IMG/VR virus record: IMGVR_UViG_3300002916_000001
Span: 11,566-75,565 of that record
DNA length: 64,000 nucleotides
DNA from: a virus
Reading direction: 5' to 3' (one strand)
The notes beneath the pieces are model-generated. The model made no database searches and was not told the DNA's origin. It saw only the letters and a list, made by a program, of their open reading frames with translations. Within the stretch, counting starts at the first letter, position 1. Each line of letters opens with the position of its first letter. Position numbers and translations under genes: made by a program. This document shows, in pieces, positions 36,689 through 45,319 of this stretch.

Positions 36689-37276
36689 ATGGCTGGTAGA
36701 AGATATGGCGGAGGCGGTGCAACTATTGTTGACAGCACTGCCAGTGTTACGCCGCGCTACATGATACCGCCTCTCCTGGTCGCTATTGTTGGCATACTTA
36801 CGGTCTTGTTTGGAGTTGTCATTGCCATCACCATCCAGGTCCAGACAACTGAGGCGAATCTAGCGGGCCTCAGTTCTATCGATGCATTCAAACCAAACTT
36901 GTATGTCTTATGGCAACCAGTCGATCTGCTGACAAGTGCTAACCTGACATTCGCTGAGCGCATGGCCTACACCATTGCCTGGATTATCCAGATTGCCTCT
37001 TTCATATTCATCGTTGGGTATAGCGATGCATTAGAGGTTGCAGGCTCAAGTGGATGGGTTATGCAAAGGTTCTGGTTTCTCTTGAGCTGGGCATTGTTCG
37101 CCTTTAACTTCTTGTCGGACTACAAGTATGGAAGCGTGCCTGGTGCTCAATACGGTTGGCTTGGGCATCTTGAATTTGCAGTTGGTATCACTGCTGCCGC
37201 GATGTTCTTCCCGCTTATCGGACTTCACTTGATACGAAAAGCCAGCTTCATGGCGAAAATGCAGCGAGGAGGATAA
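36689..37276 (+). CDS. 4-TM membrane protein (Spd-like)
   Basis: Four hydrophobic segments; RBS GGAGG. Confidence 0.7.
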   Translation: MAGRRYGGGGATIVDSTASVTPRYMIPPLLVAIVGILTVLFGVVIAITIQVQTTEANLAGLSSIDAFKPNLYVLWQPVDLLTSANLTFAERMAYTIAWIIQIASFIFIVGYSDALEVAGSSGWVMQRFWFLLSWALFAFNFLSDYKYGSVPGAQYGWLGHLEFAVGITAAAMFFPLIGLHLIRKASFMAKMQRGG

Positions 37277-37286
37277 AGAGATTATT

Positions 37287-38906
37287 ATGGGCAAGGATTT
37301 AGTGAAGAGGGAGAGTAGCGCAATTGAGAAGGTAGGGGAGAAGCATCGCGTCTTCCCCCGGACTCGATCAGGATGGATTGCCACAGGTGCGACGGGAGCA
37401 GTGAGCTTCATTGTTTGCGCTGCCAGCCACTTTGATGGCGGCGCAGTCCTGGGGGGACTCTTTGTCTCCCTGGGCGTCAGCACATTTTCCGATGATGCCA
37501 TCCACGCCCTGCTCTATGGTCGGCGGCTCCCTGAGCAACTGGCAATGAGCAGCAATTCGGCAGGCGAGTGGTTCAAAGATGCGAGTGCTGACTTTGCAGA
37601 GCGATGGCTTGGATTTGAGCGCGATCCCGATGCCAAGGGTGAGAGCTTCAAGTCCAAGGCAGCCCGATGGCTTGGCATGCCAGTGTATGAGGATGATGAT
37701 CCCGACGGGCAGCCAAAGAACGAGCCGATGAAGGATGCACCAGACTCTGGTCCTGCTACAGAGCAGAAAAGGCAACCAGTGCTCAGCGGCTATGAGCTAG
37801 TCGTCAATGGGCGCGTCGGCAACGATGATATCCTGCTGGGTCATGACAGCAAGGGGGAAGAGATACGGCGTACCTGGAAGCAATTGAAAGCTATTCTTAT
37901 CCTGGGGCTCCAGGGCGGCGGTAAAACGACAAGCGCCTGCTGGTTGATGATTCAGGCACTCATGCAAGGTGCAAGGCTAGCAGTCATCGACAAGCATGCC
38001 AAGTCCGAAGAGGACTCTCTCATGCAGAAGATTGATTCTTTTTCGCCTTTCTTCGACTGCTCACCAGGCGTTGACCCAGCCTCAGCGCTACCAGCCGTCA
38101 AGCATGTCTCTCAGGTATTCAAGGCACGTTTGAAGGGTGCACCGTGCGCATATCCCTTGCTTCTAGTGATCGATGAATTTACAGCGATCATGGGCAAGCT
38201 GAGCAAAGAAAAAGATGAGTGGCATGAGGTTGCCAAGGAACTGGCAGACCTTATTGAGGACTTGAACCAGGAGGGGCGCAAGCACAAAGTCTATGCAATC
38301 TGCATAGGGCAGGCTACCAACGCAACGAAGACCGGAGGAACTGAGATTAGGGACCTCTTCAACACGCGCCTAGTGCATGGTATGCGTGTCAAACAAGCAC
38401 AGATGCTTTCGCTCAATGAATATTCCAAGGATATCAGGGCATTAGACCAAGGACAAGTCATTGTAGACATGGAAGGGAGAGATGAGCCGTTCTTTGTGCA
38501 GGTGCCATACGTGTCTGATGAGGACATACGAGCTATCGCGGAGTGGCTAGAGCATGAGCAGTCCATACCAGCACCTAAGACTCAGCGACTGCCGGAACTA
38601 GGCGATTTGCCTATGAAGCAAACGGCTCAGAGCAAAATGACACTCAATCTTGATACGGTCCTTGCATTGGCTGGGAAGGTCAGTGATGAAACACTGCTAG
38701 CTCTCATTGATAAGTTGCCTGATGTAGGGAGTGATGAGACAGAAGAGGATGATGAGCAAGAGGGTCCCACTCTTCTAGAGCGTGGGATACAGGCATACAC
38801 GGAAGGCCATACGACACTTGATAGTTTGGCGGTGGCTTTATCCATCACATCATGGGATGCAAGAAAGCTGATGCCTCAGATAAAATTGGCACTCAAAACC
38901 AAATGA
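37287..38906 (+). CDS. membrane-anchored FtsK/HerA-type ATPase (TraB-like DNA translocase)
   Basis: N-terminal TMs, GLQGGGKT, LLLVIDEF, EGRK...IGQ, C-terminal wHTH-like segment. Confidence 0.75.
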   Translation: MGKDLVKRESSAIEKVGEKHRVFPRTRSGWIATGATGAVSFIVCAASHFDGGAVLGGLFVSLGVSTFSDDAIHALLYGRRLPEQLAMSSNSAGEWFKDASADFAERWLGFERDPDAKGESFKSKAARWLGMPVYEDDDPDGQPKNEPMKDAPDSGPATEQKRQPVLSGYELVVNGRVGNDDILLGHDSKGEEIRRTWKQLKAILILGLQGGGKTTSACWLMIQALMQGARLAVIDKHAKSEEDSLMQKIDSFSPFFDCSPGVDPASALPAVKHVSQVFKARLKGAPCAYPLLLVIDEFTAIMGKLSKEKDEWHEVAKELADLIEDLNQEGRKHKVYAICIGQATNATKTGGTEIRDLFNTRLVHGMRVKQAQMLSLNEYSKDIRALDQGQVIVDMEGRDEPFFVQVPYVSDEDIRAIAEWLEHEQSIPAPKTQRLPELGDLPMKQTAQSKMTLNLDTVLALAGKVSDETLLALIDKLPDVGSDETEEDDEQEGPTLLERGIQAYTEGHTTLDSLAVALSITSWDARKLMPQIKLALKTK

Positions 38907-38985
38907 GGGTGACACATTAAGCTCAATCCGAAGTGAGTCACCCTCACACACGCACACACACACAAAAAAATGAAGGAGGTGAACC

Positions 38986-40509
38986 ATGAAAAAAATGCTT
39001 GATTGGTTGACACACCTGCTCTGGATATCAGAGGGGATCTTCCTAGCAGCGTCAACCCCGCATATCGCAACGTACTTTGCCCATTTTGATAATCCCACCG
39101 ACTTCTGGGGAACGATCTATGCCTGGGGCGTCGGCTATGGGCTTGCACTGACGATCGATGGAGTCTCGTTTGTTGTTCTCATGAGTTTGATAGTCGCGAT
39201 TAAATACAAAAGATCAGGATTGCTGGTCACGTTTCTGGTGTGCGCTCTCCTTCTTATATCGGGGCTCTCATGGTTTATTAACTGGCAGTATAACATCGTT
39301 TTCGCGTCGTCTATGTTTGCCAAAGCAGATGGCATTATCACTTTTAACGGATTGTCAATCGGCACGCTTAATCCGATTATAGGCGGGGCATTCCCATTGT
39401 TAAGCGTCCTTTATGCGCTCGTTGCTAAAGCGATAGAAGTAGATGAAGGAGCACTTATAAAGACGGCAATGACGCCTGAACAATTTGAGAATGAAAAGTT
39501 ACGATTGGCTCAAGAGCAGGAATTGAAATCGTTAAAAGCCAGTCAAGGGAGCGGCAAGGGCTTGCTATCCTTGGCTCAAGAGACAGTTATGGGCAAGTCA
39601 AGAGACGCCGATGAATTGCTCAATCTCACGTTAAGCTATCTTCGGGACGCCCGTGAATTGCTCCTTATTGAATCTGAAGAACGCGCTCTAGAAGCTCTTT
39701 CAAGGCACCTTAAAATCAATGCAAAAACAACGCTTCCATTGCTTATCCAGGCCCGGTCAATCATCGATAAAGAGGATCATGAGGAGCGAATGAGACGGGA
39801 TAAAGCCGATCGTGAGGAGAGATTAAGGCAAGAGAAAGTCGAAGAAGAGCGAAGATTGGAGCAATCAAGACGCGAGGAAGAAGAGCGATTGAACCGAGAG
39901 AAAGCAGAGCATGAAGCAGGGATGGAACGCTTAAGACTTGAGCAAGAGGCAACCATAGAGCAAGCAAGACTTGAACATGAGCGAACCATGGCACGTTTAC
40001 AAGTTGATCGTGAAGAGAGAGAAAGGCTCGCAAAAGAATCTGAAGATGCCAGAGTAAGACGGGATAAAGCCGATCGTGAAGAGAGGTTAAGACTTGCAAG
40101 AGAGGCTGAAGAACTGCGATTGAAACGTGAAAGGGCAGTGCAAGAGGAGCGAAGATTGGAGCAAACAAAATCTGAGATTGAGGAAGTCAATCCACAATCA
40201 AAAGAGACGCAGGTTGACCTTCTAGAAGGCTTGCAGGGTAACGACACTGTACCCCTTGAAACCGTCGCTGAGATCCTTGGCTACGACGCACGCTATGTTA
40301 CACGACTACGCAATGAAGGCAAATTGAAACATACCTCAAAGCGCCCTGACCGTATCACGGTTGCGTCCTTGCGTGTATATCAGGCCAATCACAAACGCCG
40401 CGCTTCAAGTGCCAGTCGACCGGAAAGAGATGCCGATCCCTTGACAGTAACAAATGGACACAAAAGAGTTACCCAGCCCTTGGATAACTTAGTAAGAATG
40501 GAGGTTTAG
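38986..40509 (+). CDS. 4-TM + coiled-coil + HTH protein (SpdA/SpdB2/DUF2637-like)
   Basis: ALTIDG TM motif, E/R-rich repeats, ETVAEILGYDARYVTRLRNEGKL. Confidence 0.65.
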   Translation: MKKMLDWLTHLLWISEGIFLAASTPHIATYFAHFDNPTDFWGTIYAWGVGYGLALTIDGVSFVVLMSLIVAIKYKRSGLLVTFLVCALLLISGLSWFINWQYNIVFASSMFAKADGIITFNGLSIGTLNPIIGGAFPLLSVLYALVAKAIEVDEGALIKTAMTPEQFENEKLRLAQEQELKSLKASQGSGKGLLSLAQETVMGKSRDADELLNLTLSYLRDARELLLIESEERALEALSRHLKINAKTTLPLLIQARSIIDKEDHEERMRRDKADREERLRQEKVEEERRLEQSRREEEERLNREKAEHEAGMERLRLEQEATIEQARLEHERTMARLQVDREERERLAKESEDARVRRDKADREERLRLAREAEELRLKRERAVQEERRLEQTKSEIEEVNPQSKETQVDLLEGLQGNDTVPLETVAEILGYDARYVTRLRNEGKLKHTSKRPDRITVASLRVYQANHKRRASSASRPERDADPLTVTNGHKRVTQPLDNLVRMEV

Positions 40510-40571
40510 ATGACCCAAGCATTCATAGCGGCTCGCTGTCAGCCAATGCCAGCTTTGAGATATCATTGATT

Positions 40572-41045
40572 ATGGACAACGAACAACTCACCGCGCTCTA
40601 TGGACCATCAACGAAATTCGCTGACCACAAGGAAGGCACTGAGATCAAATTCAAGGACATCACCGATGGCAGTGTGAAGCAGGGGACCATCCTGCATGTC
40701 AGGGCACCTGGCAAGGCAATCAGTGGCGGCAGTGACCATCCAGTGCTTTACATTGTCGATTGCAATGAGGGCATGCCGATCCCTGTGGCACCCTCACAGA
40801 TCGTCATCGGGGAGGCACCGAAGGCAGAGCCTTTCACTGCCATCCTGGGAACCTATGGGCACGCTGACTCTCAGCTGCAAGGCAGGGGGCAGGCAGAAGA
40901 TATGGTATGGCACTTGGACACCCGTGGAAACTATTGCATCGACACGGACCACGGCAAGCTCCGTGTGCTCAGTGCTCGCATTGAAGGCGATGATGAGCAG
41001 GGGAAAGTCATTGCAGAGGTCGAGGCAGTCGAGGAGAGTCACTGA
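40572..41045 (+). CDS. hypothetical protein
   Basis: ORF followed by a terminator hairpin at 41068-41100. Confidence 0.55.
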   Translation: MDNEQLTALYGPSTKFADHKEGTEIKFKDITDGSVKQGTILHVRAPGKAISGGSDHPVLYIVDCNEGMPIPVAPSQIVIGEAPKAEPFTAILGTYGHADSQLQGRGQAEDMVWHLDTRGNYCIDTDHGKLRVLSARIEGDDEQGKVIAEVEAVEESH

Positions 41046-41104
41046 AGTTCTGTGAGACGCAAAGGAGAGGGCAGGGACCGCATGGTATCCCTGCCCTTTT
41101 TGTT

Positions 41105-41299
41105 CTACTTCTTTATTTTCCACGCAAAGCTCTCGCACTGCCAAGGGTACTCAGGTAGATCCTTTGCCACGATGACCTTGCCAATACCTGGAATTGTGGC
41201 TGTACAGCCATCCTCACTACGATACACGGTAACCTTGTAGTAGGCATCCTTGTCATCAGGACACTCTACTAGCTCGTTTGGAAGCTTCTCTCTAGCCAT
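41105..41299 (-). CDS. hypothetical protein
   Basis: RBS GAGGAG. Confidence 0.55.
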   Translation of the reverse strand: MAREKLPNELVECPDDKDAYYKVTVYRSEDGCTATIPGIGKVIVAKDLPEYPWQCESFAWKIKK

Positions 41300-41320
41300 T
41301 TCATTATCTCCTCTTGTTAG

Positions 41321-41584
41321 CTAACAGGATTGTCCGCAGACAACAATTTCATCCTTAACCACTTCATCCCTCAGCAGGCCTAAAAGTCCCTTGTTCCCTT
41401 CATCGATCATGTCTTGCAACTCTTCCTGTTTCCTTGCCCAAAAGATCGGGGCTCTCGATCCATCTGCCCACACGTCCCAAGCAATGAGTCCGTTGACTGC
41501 AATGGCCTGATAGGTGTAGGGACTGCCATGAAACATGAATGTGCAAGGTTTCACTGAAAAGACTGAAAAGTCAGATTTGTTCAT
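41321..41584 (-). CDS. hypothetical protein
   Basis: RBS AAGGGAG before ATG 41584. Confidence 0.55.
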   Translation of the reverse strand: MNKSDFSVFSVKPCTFMFHGSPYTYQAIAVNGLIAWDVWADGSRAPIFWARKQEELQDMIDEGNKGLLGLLRDEVVKDEIVVCGQSC

Positions 41585-41625
41585 GATATTCTCCCTTTCG
41601 GGGAGGTTTCCCTCCCCTGCTATTC

Positions 41626-42069
41626 CTATAATTCCCGTGGGCTGTGCTTCATATGAGGTGCAACCGGTGCCCTCAGCATCCACACTGGGATGTTCCATCG
41701 CACTTCAATGGGTTCCACTGACTTCCCTGCCTGCTCCTCGATCTGTCGGCGATCCTCATTGGCTCTCAGCGCAAGAGCCTTGCGGTCCTCGATCGAGGAT
41801 GCAATACTTGCACGCACATGCCAACATACCCCACTGCCGTGTTTTACGTTGTGCCATTTGTACTTGGCGCTTTTGCAGGTACATCCGAAGCCATGCTCTT
41901 TATCGTAGGTGACCTTGTGCTCAGTGGCGTCGTCGGTCTTTGAGAGCACCATGTAGAAGTACTCTTTAGTCTGATAATCCCAAACTTTGGAACATCGGGC
42001 TACCTCGTCGGCAGTGATGTCGGTGATATTCGTTGCCACCCAGGCGAGCGTTGCTGAAGCTTTGATCAT
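41626..42069 (-). CDS. SWIM-type Zn-finger protein
   Basis: GCTC...CWHV. Confidence 0.65.
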   Translation of the reverse strand: MIKASATLAWVATNITDITADEVARCSKVWDYQTKEYFYMVLSKTDDATEHKVTYDKEHGFGCTCKSAKYKWHNVKHGSGVCWHVRASIASSIEDRKALALRANEDRRQIEEQAGKSVEPIEVRWNIPVWMLRAPVAPHMKHSPREL

Positions 42070-42107
42070 TTTCGTGACTCCTTGAATGAATGTGTTTGTC
42101 TATGTAT

Positions 42108-42207
42108 TAATAATACACCATATAGTGCACTGTTGTCAATGCTTTTGAAGCCAATTTAAGCCCAATTTTGAAGACTTGACAGGAGTGACCTATATGGTGT
42201 ATTATTA
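42108..42207. promoter_or_regulatory. mirror-image divergent promoters
   Basis: Both are TTGACA-18-TATTAT and share the 18-mer CTATATGGTGTATTATTA. Confidence 0.8.
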
Positions 42208-42235
42208 GCTTAGATCAAAGAAAGGATGAGGACCA

Positions 42236-42481
42236 GTGAAAAGTCATAACCTCAACAATTGGTACACCGCAGCTCAGGCAGCAATGCGGTTATCTAAAAA
42301 TAGCGGAAGACCTATTGACCCTGCCTACGTTCGCAAGCTTGCACAGAAGGGCCTCATTGAAACATTGCCAATGGGAGCACGGTCAACACTGTATAGCAAG
42401 AAAGTCATCGATAACTATGTTGTCGAGGAACGCGGAGCAAAATTAGCAAGGGCAATGCAGCAGAAGAGGGAAAGTAAATAA
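42236..42481 (+). CDS. HTH DNA-binding protein
   Basis: WYTAAQAAMRLS...AYVRKLAQKGLI. Confidence 0.7.
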   Translation: MKSHNLNNWYTAAQAAMRLSKNSGRPIDPAYVRKLAQKGLIETLPMGARSTLYSKKVIDNYVVEERGAKLARAMQQKRESK

Positions 42482-42565
42482 ATTACCCAAGAGTTTACCC
42501 AAGAAGAAGCCCCGCGTCTCACTGCCTGCGGGGCATTTCTTTGCCCTCAATGTTACACAAGGCCT

Positions 42566-43306
42566 TCAATGAGCCACCTTGCTCAGATCCTGCTGCAATG
42601 CGTCCCAATTCAGGGCATTAGGGGCAATACCACCATTAATGAAATCTTGTGAAAGAACTGCATAGCTCTCATCCATGTATCGGTCAGCAAATCGCCAGGT
42701 CATACGCTGTAAGGCTCCCCATGTGACCACAGTTAGATAGTGCGAGTCAAAGGCCACGACACTGCAAGCGTGTCCTCCCCAACTGCCAGGTGCGCCGCTC
42801 CCATGCAATCCCCACGACGGCACTGACCACACTGCCTGATTTTGCGCGGACAGTGGCAATGCGAGGCCGATGTAGCATCCACCAAACAGATACACTGCCG
42901 CCTTCACATGGGCGTGATTTCGCGGCTCACAGGCTGTGTAGGCGTCGATCTTATGCCCTGCTACTCCTGTCTTTCTCCAATAATTCAAGACGTCAAGTTC
43001 TACCGCCCCATCATCGTTCTCGCCGGTGATCGGATTGTAGCCACTGACCGCGCTGTATGCAGCAATGATGTCATCGTCAGACGGCGTGATTTCAATGGAG
43101 GCATTGGATGTCCATGCCTGGACCATGTGACCAGCGCTGGCGCAGGTACAGTCTCCTATGGTCAGATTTCCCATAGCTCCCCACACAGGTACCTTCTTGC
43201 CCCAATCGTACTGCACTGGAATCGGAGGCAATTTGCCAATATCCAAATAGTTCGCCAGTTGCAATGTGCGCACGTCGTGTTTCGGTGCCAATTTCCCCAG
43301 TTTCAA
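42566..43306 (-). CDS. papain-like cysteine peptidase
   Basis: GDCTCA (Cys), GGHAC (His), VVTWG; TTG start at 43306. Confidence 0.7.
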   Translation of the reverse strand: MKLGKLAPKHDVRTLQLANYLDIGKLPPIPVQYDWGKKVPVWGAMGNLTIGDCTCASAGHMVQAWTSNASIEITPSDDDIIAAYSAVSGYNPITGENDDGAVELDVLNYWRKTGVAGHKIDAYTACEPRNHAHVKAAVYLFGGCYIGLALPLSAQNQAVWSVPSWGLHGSGAPGSWGGHACSVVAFDSHYLTVVTWGALQRMTWRFADRYMDESYAVLSQDFINGGIAPNALNWDALQQDLSKVAH

Positions 43307-43458
43307 AGCTCTCTTTCCTTCCACTCCCGCAGCGCCTCGTAGCTTTCCCTGACTCGCCAGGCATCCGCAAGGAGCAAGCCAATGAATACCCCGATAATGC
43401 TGAGAATAGCAATGACCACCCCAATAAGAAGCCCTGCAAGTGCAATGATTGCAGTCAA
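43303..43458 (-). CDS. 51-aa single-TM protein
   Basis: TTGA overlaps at both ends; hydrophobic N-terminus. Confidence 0.55.
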   Translation of the reverse strand: MTAIIALAGLLIGVVIAILSIIGVFIGLLLADAWRVRESYEALREWKEREL

Positions 43459-43847
43459 CCCTGCCTCCATCGTGCCGCCCTGATCTCCATGGTCTCATCG
43501 CTCATCGGCGCTTTCCGATGCTTGTCGTGATACCAGCGCACTAGATCCCCTGTGCGCCTCAACTTCTTCAGATCGACGTCCAGTGCCCCGCATTGCACTG
43601 CCTCGACCTTCTCGGTTGTCGGCGTCTTTCCCTGATTTTTCAATGCGGAGTCAATGGCACTCTCACTGATGCCATCGGTGTGCCGTTCCCTGGATACCAT
43701 TGGATCATTGAGGTAAGTGCAGAGGATGTCCTGCAAGCGATCATCTGGCAATTGGGCGAGGAGCACGGGTAAGGAAGTAGGGGAAGAAGGCTCATCCTCG
43801 AATAAAAACGTGCGCATGCGTCGAAATAAACGACGAAATCCAAGCAT
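43455..43847 (-). CDS. hypothetical protein
   Basis: RBS GGAGG; boxed promoter at 43941-43988. Confidence 0.55.
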   Translation of the reverse strand: MLGFRRLFRRMRTFLFEDEPSSPTSLPVLLAQLPDDRLQDILCTYLNDPMVSRERHTDGISESAIDSALKNQGKTPTTEKVEAVQCGALDVDLKKLRRTGDLVRWYHDKHRKAPMSDETMEIRAARWRQG

Positions 43848-43990
43848 TTCTTTGACCCTCCTAGAAATTCGAAGAATAGGCGAGGCCACTTCCGTGGAAG
43901 GCATGGTAAGGATTAGGAACCACGGAAGTGCTTGGATGTCATCGTAGCACTGCACACAAGAAAATGTCAAGACTTGTTCTCAGTGAAAGG

Positions 43991-44356
43991 TCATCGCCCT
44001 GACTTCGATATTCCAGGACTGGCAGGGCCATCCGTCGCGTTCTTCACTGACCAAACGGTGCTCTCAAGGATTGTCCTCACAACGATAGGGTTAGGTGCAG
44101 GGAGCTCAAAGAAATCAGCAGCAGCATAGATGGCGTGCTCTGCTTCCTTGCGCTTCTCCTCTGGCGTGTAGTTCGCATATCTTTGTTCCACCATCTGCAC
44201 GCCATGTTGCACAATGCCTTCAAGGATTGCCCGTTGCTTCTCAGGGAGGTTTTGCTCAAAGCGTTGCACGGTTTTCTGTTTCAGTGTCGCTGCCCAGTGC
44301 CATAGAAACGGGAATACGACGCCAATGACGCCAAGGATAAGTTCTTGAGTACTCAT
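43991..44356 (-). CDS. holin (LL-H-like)
   Basis: N-terminal TM, VQMVEQ...EEKRKEA...ILESTV; lysis context. Confidence 0.65.
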   Translation of the reverse strand: MSTQELILGVIGVVFPFLWHWAATLKQKTVQRFEQNLPEKQRAILEGIVQHGVQMVEQRYANYTPEEKRKEAEHAIYAAADFFELPAPNPIVVRTILESTVWSVKNATDGPASPGISKSGR

Positions 44357-44970
44357 GATGGTCTCTCTTTCTTCTGCTCTGCTTTCCTCTCCTGCCTATG
44401 CAGAAAGATCAGCAGAACCCAAAACGATATAAGTAAAAGGCCGATAGTAAGTTTGATCGTAAAAAACACCTGTGAGACAGCTTGCACACGATCTTGCCAT
44501 AAATCAGCAACGCTTGCCATGGTCAGGTAGTATTGCTGGTTATGCTCCATGATGATCGATAATTGCGTTTCGTCGGGGTGCGCAAGGATATTCTTTGCAG
44601 CTGCATCGATTGCGCTGAAGTCGCCGCGCACCTGCAAGAGCAGCAATCGTACATCATCCGGTACACGATCCGGTAGTCCCAAGCTCGGGTCACCACTGAG
44701 CAGTCCTCGCTGTATCCGTTCCCAGCCTGGCAGTGTCACTTGCATCTCATTGACTGCCTGGCTATGCAACGAGGCATCGCCGCGCACAAGGATAATCGCG
44801 TTCTTGGCAATGCGCTCACTGAGTCCTCGCTGCTGAGAAGCGCGGCGCACCACATTGAGCGCATTATTCGGCATGAGTGGCAGTGAATCCGATACAATGC
44901 TGAGCAAGAGGAGGACAATGCCGCATACCGTGATAACGCGGATAAGTGCAGATCGAAGTCTTTGCGACAT
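44353..44970 (-). CDS. 2-TM protein with PilJ/NarX-like extracytoplasmic domain
   Basis: ASQQRGLSERIAK resembles the PilJ/NarX AG.QRMLSQR motif. Confidence 0.55.
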   Translation of the reverse strand: MSQRLRSALIRVITVCGIVLLLLSIVSDSLPLMPNNALNVVRRASQQRGLSERIAKNAIILVRGDASLHSQAVNEMQVTLPGWERIQRGLLSGDPSLGLPDRVPDDVRLLLLQVRGDFSAIDAAAKNILAHPDETQLSIIMEHNQQYYLTMASVADLWQDRVQAVSQVFFTIKLTIGLLLISFWVLLIFLHRQERKAEQKKERPS

Positions 44971-44971
44971 A

Positions 44972-45316
44972 CTACCCTCCCGGATGCGTGATGAAGTAGA
45001 TGGCAACCGCAGTAACGATACTAATGACCGTGGCTACAATGCCCCACAGCACCTTGATGATCAGTTTGTCCTGGCTTTCCTTCTGCTCTGTGAGCTTCTC
45101 TGTGAGCCTCGTATTGAGTCCAGTCACCTCCTTCTTCGTGTCTTGCAAGTCCCGCTCAATCCGTTCCACTGTTGAGCGAATTGACGCCAGCTGCAATTCA
45201 CTCTCACGGGCAGGGACATACGATGCAAGCTGTGTTTGCAGATGTTGAATATCCCTCTCCAAGGCATTGATCCGGTACGCGATTGCCGTGGCGTCCATCG
45301 GCTGCTGTGATTGCAT
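44972..45316 (-). CDS. XhlA-like coiled-coil + C-terminal TM lysis protein
   Basis: Architecture and position next to the endolysin. Confidence 0.55.
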   Translation of the reverse strand: MQSQQPMDATAIAYRINALERDIQHLQTQLASYVPARESELQLASIRSTVERIERDLQDTKKEVTGLNTRLTEKLTEQKESQDKLIIKVLWGIVATVISIVTAVAIYFITHPGG

Positions 45317-45319
45317 GAC

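Noticed and set aside
38945-38964. CA-dinucleotide tract after the TraB-like gene as a clt locus or phase-variable site
   Set aside because: Short and imperfect, with no clear 8-bp repeat series.
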